A DNA stretch of 64,000 nt from an uncultured Gammaproteobacteria bacterium (GCA_964424615.1 CAYRIU010000046.1:525-64524), one strand, 5' to 3'. Positions 26,317 through 36,676 are shown, counted from the stretch's first letter. Made by a program: numbers and translations. The notes: generated from the sequence alone by a model not told the origin.

Positions 26317-27831
26317 ATGGACATTATTTTGTCAGTCGTCGCCCTAATTATAGGCGTAGTTTTTGGCTATATTATAAAAAAATTACTCAGTAGCCAAAAC
26401 ATCAATTCAGCCGAAAAAAAAGCTGAGAGCATCATCGCTGATGCCAAGCAAAAGCAAAAAGATTTGCTCCTAGAGGCCAACAACAAGGCTCTAGCCCTCA
26501 TCGAAGAGTCAAAGACCGAAGAGCGTGATCGTCGCCGTCAAATGCAAGATTTGGAAAATCGCTTGACCAAACGCGAAAGTATGTTTGACCGCAAAATCAT
26601 GGAATTTGAGGATAGCAAACAAAAACTAGAACATAGCCAAAAACAAGTCGAGGCTAGTCGTGAAGAAATCAAAAAAATCAAAGCTGATCAAATAGAGAAA
26701 TTAGAAAAAATTGCTCAATTGACCAAAGATGAAGCTCGTGATGTCCTGCTCAACAATACTGAGCTGCGTATGAAAGACGAGCTACTTCATCGTATCCGCA
26801 AATTAGAAAATGAAGCTCAAGAAGAGCTAGAAGAGCGTGCCAAAAAATTACTCACCTCTGTCATTGAGCGTGTGGCTGCTCCTCATACTGTCGAGACTAC
26901 TACCACTTCTGTTACTTTACCAAACGAAGAAATGAAAGGCCGCATCATCGGTCGTGAAGGTAGAAATATCAAAACCATAGAGCAACTCACTGGTGTCGAA
27001 ATCATCATCGATGACACACCAGAAACTATATTGGTCTCCGCTTTCAATCCTATCCGTAGACAGCTAGCCAAGCGCTCTCTGGAGAAGCTGATGGCTGATG
27101 GTCGTATTCATCCGGGTCGTATCGAAGAAGCTATCGCCCAAGCCAAAAAAGACTTGGCTCTAGATATCAAAAAAGCTGGTGAAGATGCTGCCTATCAGGC
27201 TGGCATCATAGGTCTGGATAGCAAATTATTACAAATCCTTGGTCGCTTGAAATATAGAACTAGCTATGGCCAAAACCAATTACAACATGCCTTAGAAGTA
27301 TCTACCTTGGCAGGACTACTCGCTGCTGAGCTAGGTGCTGATGTCAATATTTGTAAAAAGGGTGGCTTGCTCCATGATATTGGCAAGGCTCTAGATCATG
27401 AAATCCAAGGCTCTCATCCAGAGATTGGCTATGACCTTTTGAAAAAATTTGGTCTACCAGAAGAGGTAGCCTATATGTCAACAGCCCATCACGAAGACCA
27501 ACCAAAAACTCTAGAAGGCATCATAGTCAAAATTGCTGACGCCATCTCAGGTTCCAGACCTGGCGCTCGTCGCGATTCATTCGAAAACTATATCCAACGT
27601 TTGACTGAGCTTGAAGACACTGCCAAAACTTTTCCTGGCGTGGAAAAGGTCTATGCCATCCAAGCTGGCCGTGAGATCAGAGTCTTTGTCTCACCAGATG
27701 AGATTGATGACTACAAAGCTACAATTTTGGCTCGCGATATTGCTAACAAAATAGAAACTGAGCTAAAATACCCAGGTGAGATCAGGGTGACAGTCATCCG
27801 TGAAAAAAGAGTAACCGAATATGCCAGATAA
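26317..27831 (+). CDS. rny: Ribonuclease Y.
   Basis: N-terminal TM, coiled coil, KH domain, HD domain (LLHDIGKALDHE). Confidence 0.9.
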   Translation: MDIILSVVALIIGVVFGYIIKKLLSSQNINSAEKKAESIIADAKQKQKDLLLEANNKALALIEESKTEERDRRRQMQDLENRLTKRESMFDRKIMEFEDSKQKLEHSQKQVEASREEIKKIKADQIEKLEKIAQLTKDEARDVLLNNTELRMKDELLHRIRKLENEAQEELEERAKKLLTSVIERVAAPHTVETTTTSVTLPNEEMKGRIIGREGRNIKTIEQLTGVEIIIDDTPETILVSAFNPIRRQLAKRSLEKLMADGRIHPGRIEEAIAQAKKDLALDIKKAGEDAAYQAGIIGLDSKLLQILGRLKYRTSYGQNQLQHALEVSTLAGLLAAELGADVNICKKGGLLHDIGKALDHEIQGSHPEIGYDLLKKFGLPEEVAYMSTAHHEDQPKTLEGIIVKIADAISGSRPGARRDSFENYIQRLTELEDTAKTFPGVEKVYAIQAGREIRVFVSPDEIDDYKATILARDIANKIETELKYPGEIRVTVIREKRVTEYAR

Positions 27832-28615
27832 TAAAATAAAAATATTATTTTTTGGTGATGTGGTGGGCTCTATTGGTCGCCAAGGCATCAAAAATATATT
27901 ACCCATTTGGCGTAAAAAATATCAGCCTGATTTAGTCATAGCCAATATCGAAAATCTAGCTCATGGCTCAGGTCTGACTCAAAAAACAGTAGAAGATATA
28001 CAAGACCTAGGTATCCAAATATACACTGGTGGCAATCATATCTGGCGCAAAGAAGATTTGTCTAATTTTCTCAATCTCAAGATCGCCACTCCTATCAATG
28101 ATATCCGCACTCTACCAGAGCATCGCTACCAAAAGATAGAGACCAAAGGTGCTGGTATCACTGTCGTCAATCTCATGGCTGATAGCCTAAACAAAGACGA
28201 GACCGTGAGCAACCCTTTTACTCTGATGCAAGATTTGCTACCAGAGCTAGCCGACCAAATCATCATAGTCGACATCCACGCTGAGTTTACTAGTGAAAAA
28301 AGAGGCATGGGCTTTTTGCTAGATGGCAAAGCTAGCGCTGTCATTGGGACGCATACTCATGTACCAACTGCCGATGCTCAGATATTGCCCGGTGGTACTG
28401 GCTACATCACTGATGTCGGTATGGTAGGTGCTTTCCAATCCAGCCTAGGCATCGACAAAGACTTGATGCTACAAAAATTCTTGACTGGTGAAAAAATAAC
28501 TCATGAACTACCAGAACCTAGTCAAATCGAGATAAATGCTTTATTATTAGAAGTAGATAAAAGCAGTAAAAAAACTACCCAGATAGAGCATTTGCGAGAA
28601 ATAATTTCTGCCTAA
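27821..28615 (+). CDS. ymdB: YmdB-like metallophosphoesterase (2',3'-cyclic-nucleotide 2'-phosphodiesterase, TIGR00282 family).
   Basis: ILFFGDVVG...ANIENLAHGSG...GNHIW motifs; conserved position immediately downstream of rny. Confidence 0.75.
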   Translation: MPDNKIKILFFGDVVGSIGRQGIKNILPIWRKKYQPDLVIANIENLAHGSGLTQKTVEDIQDLGIQIYTGGNHIWRKEDLSNFLNLKIATPINDIRTLPEHRYQKIETKGAGITVVNLMADSLNKDETVSNPFTLMQDLLPELADQIIIVDIHAEFTSEKRGMGFLLDGKASAVIGTHTHVPTADAQILPGGTGYITDVGMVGAFQSSLGIDKDLMLQKFLTGEKITHELPEPSQIEINALLLEVDKSSKKTTQIEHLREIISA

Positions 28616-28638
28616 AATCTAGCTTAATAAATAAACAT

Positions 28639-28917
28639 ATGAACAAAGCACAACTAATCGAAAGCCTAAGCATCAAAGCTGGCGTCAGCAAAAAAGAAAC
28701 TGAAGATGTCTTGAAAGCTTTTGAAAACCTAGTCATCGAAAATCTAAAAGCCGGCCAAGAAATCACTCTCACTGGCTTTGGCACATTTTCTGCCAAAAAA
28801 AGATCTGCTCGTAATGGAGTCAATCCCCAAAAACCCAGCGAGATCATCACTATACCAGAGGTCATAGTGCCAAAATTCAAAGCCGGCAAAACTCTCAAAG
28901 ACTCTCTTAAAAAATAA
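28639..28917 (+). CDS. hup: HU-family DNA-binding protein.
   Basis: 92 aa; MNKAQLIE...GFGTF...RNGVNPQ signature of HU/IHF. Confidence 0.85.
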   Translation: MNKAQLIESLSIKAGVSKKETEDVLKAFENLVIENLKAGQEITLTGFGTFSAKKRSARNGVNPQKPSEIITIPEVIVPKFKAGKTLKDSLKK

Positions 28918-28971
28918 ATCTAAATTATCCAGTTCTTCTCAAAATGCTGGATAATTTTTTATCAAAAAAAT

Positions 28972-29637
28972 ATGTCACTAACTTTAAAAGAAATAAAAAA
29001 AGATAATCGCATCAATGCTTTCATAGATCAGACTGAAGTCTATCTTAAAAGTCTGGGCTACACCGACCATGGACCTAGGCATCTCAATATAGTCAGCGAA
29101 AGGGCACAAAAAATAGCTAGGCATTTACATCTTTCTGCTCACGACCAAGAGCTAGCTGCCATTGCTGGCTGGTGTCATGATATGGGTAATTTTTTGGGAC
29201 GCACTCAGCATCACTACTGGGCAGCTATGCTATTTTCCCAATGCTATATAAACCAAGCTAATCCGGTGGATGTCTCCAAAATCATCCAAGCTATCACTTC
29301 TCATGACAAAGACGAATTAAAGATAGTAGATAAAATCACCGCTTGTCTGATCATCGCTGACAAGTCCGATGTCCATCGTACTAGAGTCATAAGTAAAGAC
29401 AAGAAAAAAATCAAAGAAGACATCCATGACCGTGTCAATTATGCCGTCACTGATAACAAGCTTTTTATAGACGACAAAAAAAAGACCATTACTTTGGCCT
29501 TAAAACTAGACACTAGTTTTACCGATATTTTAGATTATTTTGCTATCTTTGTAGAACGTATGACTTATTGCCAAAAAGCTGCTGATTTTCTCCAGTACGA
29601 ATTCAAGCTCAAAATAAATAATACTACCTTAGCGTAA
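28972..29637 (+). CDS. HD-domain phosphohydrolase.
   Basis: HD motif (WCHDMG) and His-rich metal site; 221 aa. Confidence 0.5.
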   Translation: MSLTLKEIKKDNRINAFIDQTEVYLKSLGYTDHGPRHLNIVSERAQKIARHLHLSAHDQELAAIAGWCHDMGNFLGRTQHHYWAAMLFSQCYINQANPVDVSKIIQAITSHDKDELKIVDKITACLIIADKSDVHRTRVISKDKKKIKEDIHDRVNYAVTDNKLFIDDKKKTITLALKLDTSFTDILDYFAIFVERMTYCQKAADFLQYEFKLKINNTTLA

Positions 29638-30433
29638 ATACCAAACCTACCTTGCCGCCAGTGGCGGCATTTTTGTTGACATCCCAATCAGCTAGAGAAT
29701 ACATCAGATTGTCTTGAGTATAGATAAAGTCTGCTCCTAGTCTAGTACCGGGATCATTGGTGATAAATTTATCGCCAGTAAAACCCTTGATCACTAGCAT
29801 ATGATAGACTGGACCACCATTACGAAAATTTGGATTATCAAGCTTCTTACCATCAGCTGGTACTATCACCGGTCTCCCCTGCCTCAAAAAATCTTTTATT
29901 TTTTCTACTGTCAAATTATTCACTATCTCCGTCTTTTGATTATACATAGCTAGAGCCAGATCAGCCTCCTGACTGACTGGCAATTCTCCGTGCACTCCCC
30001 AATTTTGCACTTGCCAATCTACCATATCTAATATCATTTGTTCTACTGCCAACTTATCTGGCATTTTTTTATTTTCATAATAATATTCCACCATGATCAG
30101 ACTAGCTTCTTCGCAAGCATCCTGAAATGGCTGAGCCCAATTGGCTGTCGGAGCCTGAGAAGTAAACGGCACAGCTAGATTAATAGCTTCGACATTATCT
30201 ACTGGCTTAACTACTCGCTCCTCAGTTGGCGTAGCTTCATTTTTGATAGGAGTAGTAGTGTCCGCTGGATCATCTACTTGTTCTGCTGTATCTACTTGCG
30301 CTTTTATTTCTTCATATGTCTGAGCGGCGGGCAATTGTATATTGCGTTGATTAGATTTTGTCCAAAAAAAATAAACAAAAACCAGAACTCCCAAAAACAA
30401 TATGGCTAAAAAAATATATCTCTTGTATTTCAT
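29624..30433 (-). CDS. Secreted/membrane-anchored peptidase C39-like (papain-fold) domain protein.
   Basis: N-terminal TM; Q-DACEEASLIM cysteine motif resembling Peptidase_C39_2. Confidence 0.45.
   Translation of the reverse strand: MKYKRYIFLAILFLGVLVFVYFFWTKSNQRNIQLPAAQTYEEIKAQVDTAEQVDDPADTTTPIKNEATPTEERVVKPVDNVEAINLAVPFTSQAPTANWAQPFQDACEEASLIMVEYYYENKKMPDKLAVEQMILDMVDWQVQNWGVHGELPVSQEADLALAMYNQKTEIVNNLTVEKIKDFLRQGRPVIVPADGKKLDNPNFRNGGPVYHMLVIKGFTGDKFITNDPGTRLGADFIYTQDNLMYSLADWDVNKNAATGGKVGLVFTLR
29652..29676. terminator. Bidirectional GC palindrome terminator (TGCCGCCAGTGGCGGCA plus T5). It overlaps the 3-prime end of the minus-strand gene 29624..30433.
   Basis: Perfect palindrome followed by TTTTT. 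Confidence 0.45.
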
Positions 30434-30564
30434 AAAATTATAATAACAGCTTTATTTATTATTTACAACAAAATTGATGACTCAAAAAAAGAAAAGAACC
30501 AAAGTGTTGAAACTTCGGTCCTTCGCGTGTTGCTCTAGCGACCATCCATATTTTGGATAGTGGG

Positions 30565-30750
30565 CTAGAAGGTAGGTGTTGAACTGCCGTAGTTCGACAA
30601 GCCATTGTTGACAATGGTCAGAATAGTGGTGATCAAATTGATCAGCAGTTCATAAATCCCGGGTGCGAATATCTTGAATAAGATAAGCAAGAAGACGAGT
30701 TGGAAAAAAGCTCCCATGGCTCTAAACATATGTTTGCTTATTAGCTTCAA
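30565..30750 (-). CDS. Hypothetical 61-aa hydrophobic peptide inside a 500-bp structured intergenic region.
   Basis: Single long hydrophobic stretch. A minus-strand terminator lies at about 30490-30520. Confidence 0.3.
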   Translation of the reverse strand: MKLISKHMFRAMGAFFQLVFLLILFKIFAPGIYELLINLITTILTIVNNGLSNYGSSTPTF

Positions 30751-30933
30751 GGCCTGAAAGAAGAACTCTCAAGGACTACGACTATTGTCCTTCTTTGGCC
30801 CATAGGCCTTATTCAAGTTCTCTCCAGGCAGCTTTACTCAAAGACCCTTTAAATAAGGCTGGCTGGAGAGAAATTCGCTTGTTTTAAGGTACTTACCCCT
30901 CTTATATATAAAGACGGCTAAAAATAGCCAAAA

Positions 30934-32445
30934 TTACAGCTCTGACCATATTTTATTGCGATACTGGAGGGCTTCTAAAATGTGCTCTTCCTCGATATTT
31001 TCACAATTGGCTAGGTCAGCTATGGTCCTAGCTACTTTCAAAATTTTAAAATATGCTCTGGCTGATAGCTGCATATTTTCGCTAGCCGCCAGCAAAATTT
31101 TTTCTACTTTTTTGGATGCCAGACAATATTGCCGAACCTCCTTTGAGGATAAATTACTATTTAACAAATTTTGCTGGCGGACTTTTTGATTAGTCCTAGC
31201 TTTTAGCACTCTGGTCAAAATACTTTGAGAACTTTCCGCTGCACGACTACTATGTATGAGATCGTTGCTTTTGACTTTTGTGACTGATAGGTGCAAATCT
31301 ATGCGATCAAGCAATGGTCCTGATAATTTTTTTCTATATTTCAAAATTTCCTGTGGTGTACAATGACATTCGTGAGTCGGATCAGTCAGATAGCCACAAG
31401 GACAGGGATTGGCAGTCGCCAAAAATATAAAATCAGCTGGATAATCTACCGAGCCCTTGATTCTAGAGACCGTAATTATTTTATCTTCTAGGGGCTGACG
31501 CAAGGCCTCAAGGACCGCGAGCGGAAACTCCAAAATCTCATCAAAAAATAAAACATTTTTGTGAGCCAAAGATATTTCTCCGGACTTGGGGCTACTACCA
31601 CCACCGACAATCGCTGAGACCGAAGCCGAGTGATGAGGGCTACGCAAAAAACGACTGCGCACTAAATAATTTTCTTCATTGAGCAAGCCAGCTAGGCTAT
31701 GTATCTTGCTGACAGCCAATGCATCTGACAAAGATAGTGGCGGTAAGATAGACAAAAAGCTTTTGGCCAGCATAGTCTTGCCAGAGCCTGGTGGTCCGAC
31801 CATTAAGATATTGTGTCCGCCAGCTGCCGCAATCTCCAAAGCTCGCTTAGCCTGAGTTTGACCCTGGACTTCTTGAAAATCAAAACTAGCCTGACTAGGT
31901 AAATCAAAAAAATCTACTGGCTTTTGTGCTAAAATTTTCTGTTGATCATTGAGGTGTCTGACTAGCTGAGCTAAATCAGTCACTGGATAGATATTTACAC
32001 CATCTATCACGCTAGCTTCTTTGGCATTTTTTTGTGGCACAAAAATATCCTCAAAGCCAAGGTCTTTGAGGGCCGCGACCATGACCATAATACCTGGCAC
32101 CGCCTTGACCAGACCAGTCAACGACAGCTCGCCAATAAAAGCTGAGTGTTCACTAATACTTTTTAGCTCGCTACTAGCTTGCAAGACACTGATAGCCATA
32201 GACAGATCATAAGCTCCCCCACTTTTTTGGACTTGAGCTGGTGCTAGATTGATGACAACTTTTTGCCGAGGAAAAACAAAACCACTATTTTCAATAGCGG
32301 CCCAAACTCTTTCCCTGGCTTCTTGTACAGCTGTATCTGGCAAGCCAACAATAATAACCTTAGGCAAATGCCTAGACAAATTAGTCTCCACTTCTACCAA
32401 GTTGCCTTTCAAACCCTGAATGGCAACTGTATAAATATTAGCCAT
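30934..32445 (-). CDS. comM: ComM/YifB family Mg-chelatase-like AAA+ protein.
   Basis: Walker A GPPGSGKT, ChlI-like domain, C-terminal Mg-chelatase subunit ChlI C-terminal domain. Confidence 0.8.
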   Translation of the reverse strand: MANIYTVAIQGLKGNLVEVETNLSRHLPKVIIVGLPDTAVQEARERVWAAIENSGFVFPRQKVVINLAPAQVQKSGGAYDLSMAISVLQASSELKSISEHSAFIGELSLTGLVKAVPGIMVMVAALKDLGFEDIFVPQKNAKEASVIDGVNIYPVTDLAQLVRHLNDQQKILAQKPVDFFDLPSQASFDFQEVQGQTQAKRALEIAAAGGHNILMVGPPGSGKTMLAKSFLSILPPLSLSDALAVSKIHSLAGLLNEENYLVRSRFLRSPHHSASVSAIVGGGSSPKSGEISLAHKNVLFFDEILEFPLAVLEALRQPLEDKIITVSRIKGSVDYPADFIFLATANPCPCGYLTDPTHECHCTPQEILKYRKKLSGPLLDRIDLHLSVTKVKSNDLIHSSRAAESSQSILTRVLKARTNQKVRQQNLLNSNLSSKEVRQYCLASKKVEKILLAASENMQLSARAYFKILKVARTIADLANCENIEEEHILEALQYRNKIWSEL

Positions 32446-32595
32446 AATAAAAATCGCTTTTCTTTTCTTATGGCTATCTTACTACTAGCTATAAATAGAA
32501 GTCAAGAGCACTAAAAAACCACTCTAGTCTGAGTGGTCTTTTCATAATTTTATTTTAAATATTTTAATTCAACTACCAAATTTAAACAAAAATAA

Positions 32596-32886
32596 TTATT
32601 GAATATACCCAGTATAAACATACAAATAAAGTCCCACTGCTTGTATTGTTATCATTATTGTTGATAATATATAGAACTTCCTTTTACTTGGTAATTTATA
32701 AACTTTACTTAAAGCCGAATTAAAAAATGACCAAGCTATTACAAATGGGACAATATAAACAATAAAAAAGTATGGTACCAATGCCCCGATCTCACTATCA
32801 GCCTCTGACAACATTATATATATGAAGTAAAGTACAAATGGTATGGCTATAAAATTAGCTAAGAAAAAAAATAATTTAATTTTCAT
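32596..32886 (-). CDS. Hypothetical small membrane protein.
   Basis: 96 aa, 3 TM. Confidence 0.35.
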   Translation of the reverse strand: MKIKLFFFLANFIAIPFVLYFIYIMLSEADSEIGALVPYFFIVYIVPFVIAWSFFNSALSKVYKLPSKRKFYILSTIMITIQAVGLYLYVYTGYIQ

Positions 32887-32900
32887 AATTTTATTTAAAT

Positions 32901-33380
32901 TTATTTATTCAGCTGCCAAATAGTATAGTTCAAATAACCAGCAAAACTCACCCAGAGTAAATATGGAATCAATAAAGCGCCGGCCTTTTTATCCAGGCGG
33001 AAAAACCACAAAATCAGAGTCAAAATCATAAGCCACAAAACAATAATTTCTATAAAAGCATAAAAAGGATTGTGCAAGCCAAAAAATAACACTGACCAAA
33101 AAATATTAAACACTAAATGTACCAGAAAAAATACTACTGCGCGATGAGCACTCTTGGAGTGACTAGCCTTTTGCCAGATGAGAAACAAGGCAATGCCCAT
33201 CAAGATAAAAAGCGTGGTCCAGACTGGACCAAAAAGCCAAGATGGTGGATTCCAAGTTGGTTTGTTTATCGTCTGATACCAGGTAGCTATCTCAGGAGTA
33301 GTAAAAAAAGAGCCTACAAAACCAGCTCCCAAACAAATCAACACGGCCGAAAATAATTTTACAATACTTTTTGTTTTCAT
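32901..33380 (-). CDS. tspO: TspO/MBR family tryptophan-rich sensory protein.
   Basis: WNPPSWLFGPVWTTLFILMGIA motif; 5 TM; 159 aa. Confidence 0.75.
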   Translation of the reverse strand: MKTKSIVKLFSAVLICLGAGFVGSFFTTPEIATWYQTINKPTWNPPSWLFGPVWTTLFILMGIALFLIWQKASHSKSAHRAVVFFLVHLVFNIFWSVLFFGLHNPFYAFIEIIVLWLMILTLILWFFRLDKKAGALLIPYLLWVSFAGYLNYTIWQLNK

Positions 33381-33401
33381 CCGGTTTAGAAATTAAATTT
33401 A

Positions 33402-33800
33402 TTAATTTACTTTTTCATTATTATATAAAATATCTTTTTCTCTAGACCCTATCTTATTAAGTATATCATCATAAACGCCTTCGATACTACTCAAAACTTC
33501 ATTGTTCCAATATCTTATAACTAATATATTCATTGACTTAAAATATTCTGTTCTAGAATTATCATATTCTATATTTTCTAATTGATTGTGCTGACCACCG
33601 TCAATTTCTATGACTAATTTTAACTTTGGACAGTAAAAATCTACTATAAATGGGCCTATGCCATATTGCCTACGAAATTTATAATTAATAAGCTTCTTAT
33701 TTTTTATCTTTGACCATAGCAATGATTCTGCTTCGGTCATTTGCTTCCTTAAATCCCTACGAATAAATTTAAATTTTGGATTATTAAAAATAAAACGCAT
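33402..33800 (-). CDS. DUF559/Vsr-like endonuclease-fold protein. Start taken at the internal Met (MRFIF).
   Basis: FIVDFYCP...VIEIDGGQH core of the DUF559 restriction-endonuclease-like fold. Confidence 0.55.
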   Translation of the reverse strand: MRFIFNNPKFKFIRRDLRKQMTEAESLLWSKIKNKKLINYKFRRQYGIGPFIVDFYCPKLKLVIEIDGGQHNQLENIEYDNSRTEYFKSMNILVIRYWNNEVLSSIEGVYDDILNKIGSREKDILYNNEKVN

Positions 33801-33811
33801 ATTGTTTTGTA

Positions 33812-33868
33812 CCCCCTCTGTCCTAGCGGACATCTCCCCCTAATTTAGGGGGAGAAGAAGAGGGGGTA
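33812..33868 (-). repeat. 58-nt palindrome-containing dispersed repeat (copy B), in inverted orientation relative to copy A at 20694-20751.
   Basis: The reverse complement reads AATACCCCCTCTTCTTCTCCCCCTAAATTAGGGGGAGATGTCCGCTAGGACAGAGGGGG. Confidence 0.75.
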
Positions 33869-34269
33869 TTTCTCAATTGTCTAATTAAAAAATAGCATAC
33901 TCCGAGGAAAATATAAATATCACTAAGGTTAAAAACCGTAAAAAATGGCACATTAAAATAATCTATCACTCCACCATAAAACAAGCGATCCCAGATATTG
34001 CTAGCCGCACCGATAATGATCAAAGCATAGGGCCAAATATATTTTTTCTCATGGCCAAAATCTCTATACCACAAAAAAATTAAAATAAAAAATACCAAAA
34101 ATAAAATAGGATATAGTAGTAGCGGTGATACAGGCAGAGAAAAAGCTATGTTCTTATTGATATACAAAGCAAAAACACCATCCTCTAAGGACAATGTTTT
34201 TACAAAAAATATTTTCAAGAATCTATCTAGGATTATGAGTGATATCAATCCCAAATAGTATTTTGTCAT
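33823..34269 (-). CDS. lspA: Lipoprotein signal peptidase (signal peptidase II). The C-terminal 15 aa are read through the repeat.
   Basis: GAASNIWDRLFYGGVIDYF and FNLSD motifs; 4 TM. Confidence 0.75.
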   Translation of the reverse strand: MTKYYLGLISLIILDRFLKIFFVKTLSLEDGVFALYINKNIAFSLPVSPLLLYPILFLVFFILIFLWYRDFGHEKKYIWPYALIIIGAASNIWDRLFYGGVIDYFNVPFFTVFNLSDIYIFLGVCYFLIRQLRNTPSSSPPKLGGDVR

Positions 34270-34275
34270 AATGAT

Positions 34276-34638
34276 TTAAAGAGATTTTCTCTTGCAATCC
34301 ATACAAGCAGTAGCTGATGGAAAGGCTTCCAAACGCTTTGGGTCTATTGGTTTACCACAAGTTTCACAAAGACCATAGTTACCTTCGTCTATTTTTCTCA
34401 AAGCTTTATCAACATTGAATAAAGATATTTCTAAAGTCTTTTCTAAAGATAAATTTTTCTCAAAATCAACAACCTCAGCAGCATTCTCATCTTCTTTGTC
34501 ACCATAATCTTCGAATTTTGCACTAAAATCATTACCCTCTACTGGCACTGTATCTACGTTTAGCTCGCGCAATATTTCTTCTCGCCTTTTTTCTAATTCA
34601 CTCTTACGAGTGGCCAAAAATTTTGCATCAAATGTCAT
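34276..34638 (-). CDS. DksA/TraR-family C4 zinc-finger protein.
   Basis: CETCGKPI...ACMDCK four-Cys finger and preceding acidic coiled-coil region. Confidence 0.7.
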   Translation of the reverse strand: MTFDAKFLATRKSELEKRREEILRELNVDTVPVEGNDFSAKFEDYGDKEDENAAEVVDFEKNLSLEKTLEISLFNVDKALRKIDEGNYGLCETCGKPIDPKRLEAFPSATACMDCKRKSL

Positions 34639-35312
34639 GTTTTATGGTTTAATTACCCCAAAATAATAGCAAATATTGACTACTTTGGCAAGATATATGG
34701 GGCATTTTTCAATTTTTTGCCAAAAAAAACAGGACACATCCGAGCACCCCTAATAGCATGTAGCTTTGTGGGCCGTAAGTGCGTCCCGTAGCGTCTTCAC
34801 ACGTAGCTTTTGACGTATTTGTTACGCCTGTAAGTTTTATTGGCTCCAAAGCATATGTGCTTGTGAAAACGTCATGTGATTCATTCCGACTCAGAATCAA
34901 TTGTAGAACTCCACCATTTAGTGGAAAGATCTCGTTACCTATCCGGCAACTAGGATTTTCCTTTTTTTATTTTGTTTTTGTTTTGCTTGTTTTCAAGCGT
35001 CGGTGGCTTGATGATCAAAACAGTGAAGCTCTTAGAGCTATACACTACTTTACTAGTAATGTGCAGTTCCAAGGAATGTATGAAGGTACTTATTTATCTA
35101 CAATATAAGTATATCACATTTTAGCCTTTGTGTCAAAGCTACTTATTGGCTAAAATTAGCATAAATAAAAATATATTTTTCTATATGTTGACAATTTTGT
35201 CAATAATAATCCACAATCATCAACAACTTATCCACAGATATTAAAAAATGCCCGTAATTTGGGCATAAAAATAAGTTCTACTATAGTGTAGAAGATAAAT
35301 AAAACTTAAAAA

Positions 35313-36674
35313 TTACTTTACACAAGCTTTTAATCCTATTTGGGCATTACTTTCATAGGACAAAACTGTCAAATAATTGATATTTTTTTTCTGCAAAGCT
35401 TCTTTGATGGTGTCATTTTGTATTTTAGCAGTATTGACCTGAGCCAAATCGATGATTTGGTAATCCCCAGCTATCTGGCATCCTCCCAAATAGCTTTGGA
35501 TATTGTATTTACTCAGCAAAGTCGACTGTATCAGGGTCTCACTATTGGATAAATAGTAATATGCTCCGATCTGTGTGCCATAAAACTGGCCAAAATGCCA
35601 ATAGTCATACTGCTGATAATGCAAAGACTCTACCTCTGCACCCTCATCACTGACAAATTCGGTATATACAGTGCCATCTGGCAATCTATTTTTAGATTCT
35701 TTGACTTTGAGGTTTGGGACCCAATCATTGATACGAGATTGCCAGTCCACTGGACTGACCATTAGCCAATTATTGTGGGACAAATATATAAAATTATTCT
35801 TCAAAATCTGCTCCTCTATCTTTTGATCAGACAATCTATAATATGGCAATTCTGTAAATAGTGTTTGAATGATGTTTTGACTGACTACGCCCTGCCATTT
35901 ATCAGATTTGTGCTCACCAAAACCAAAAACCAGGTCAGCATTCAGGGGAAATTTAGCTTGATTGGGCCAAGCTACAGTGCTACTAGCATTGATCACCTGT
36001 CTTAGCTTGTCCTGCCAAATATGAACAGCTACTTGTCCATCCCTCTGCTTATATATATTGGCATAAATACTTGGCAGGCCATTGTCTAGTTGTAATAATT
36101 TTGTAAGATCAGCTAGAAAAATAGGGGCTTCATTTTTTGACCAAAAAATATTGACACCTACACCCAAATTATTAGTATCAAAATCTATTTTATCTTGTGT
36201 GGCATAGTGATTTGGCAGCCAATCATCAACGCTAAGCAACAAAACACCGTCATCAACCAATAAATAGCTGTATTCTGGTCTATTCGCTACTAGCCATTTG
36301 ACTGTTTCTTTACCTTTATCCAAGCGCAACAAAAAATTGTCATCACTAGAACCCCCCGTCTTAAACCAAATGACTTCTTGTGTGTTCAAAAAACCGTTTT
36401 GCAAGATTTTTTTCAATTCTGCAATCTTGGCAGTGGGCTCTTGGGTGTTTATAATCGATATTTGATCAATACCTAAATTTTCATAATAGCTAGGATCAGT
36501 CCAATTATAAAAAAACGTAGTATTGGCTGGCAAATACACTGCCAAAGGCTGACTAGATTTTCTAGTCCAGCTGATCATCACCACCACTCCCAGCAACAAA
36601 ACACCAAAAAAAAGCCACCAAGCTTTACTTGGTAAAAAAGTAAATTTAATTGGCAGCTTTTTTATTGTAACCAC
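35313..36674 (-). CDS. Hypothetical membrane-anchored secreted protein (453 aa).
   Basis: N-terminal TM anchor; W/Y-rich; no recognised domain. Confidence 0.35.
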   Translation of the reverse strand: MVTIKKLPIKFTFLPSKAWWLFFGVLLLGVVVMISWTRKSSQPLAVYLPANTTFFYNWTDPSYYENLGIDQISIINTQEPTAKIAELKKILQNGFLNTQEVIWFKTGGSSDDNFLLRLDKGKETVKWLVANRPEYSYLLVDDGVLLLSVDDWLPNHYATQDKIDFDTNNLGVGVNIFWSKNEAPIFLADLTKLLQLDNGLPSIYANIYKQRDGQVAVHIWQDKLRQVINASSTVAWPNQAKFPLNADLVFGFGEHKSDKWQGVVSQNIIQTLFTELPYYRLSDQKIEEQILKNNFIYLSHNNWLMVSPVDWQSRINDWVPNLKVKESKNRLPDGTVYTEFVSDEGAEVESLHYQQYDYWHFGQFYGTQIGAYYYLSNSETLIQSTLLSKYNIQSYLGGCQIAGDYQIIDLAQVNTAKIQNDTIKEALQKKNINYLTVLSYESNAQIGLKACVK

Positions 36675-36676
36675 TC

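Noticed and set aside
34880-34922. tmRNA 3-prime end suggested by a CTCCACCA motif.
   Set aside because: No T-arm (GGTTCGANTCC-like stem-loop) precedes it, and no tag-peptide reading frame or 5-prime acceptor complement was found nearby.
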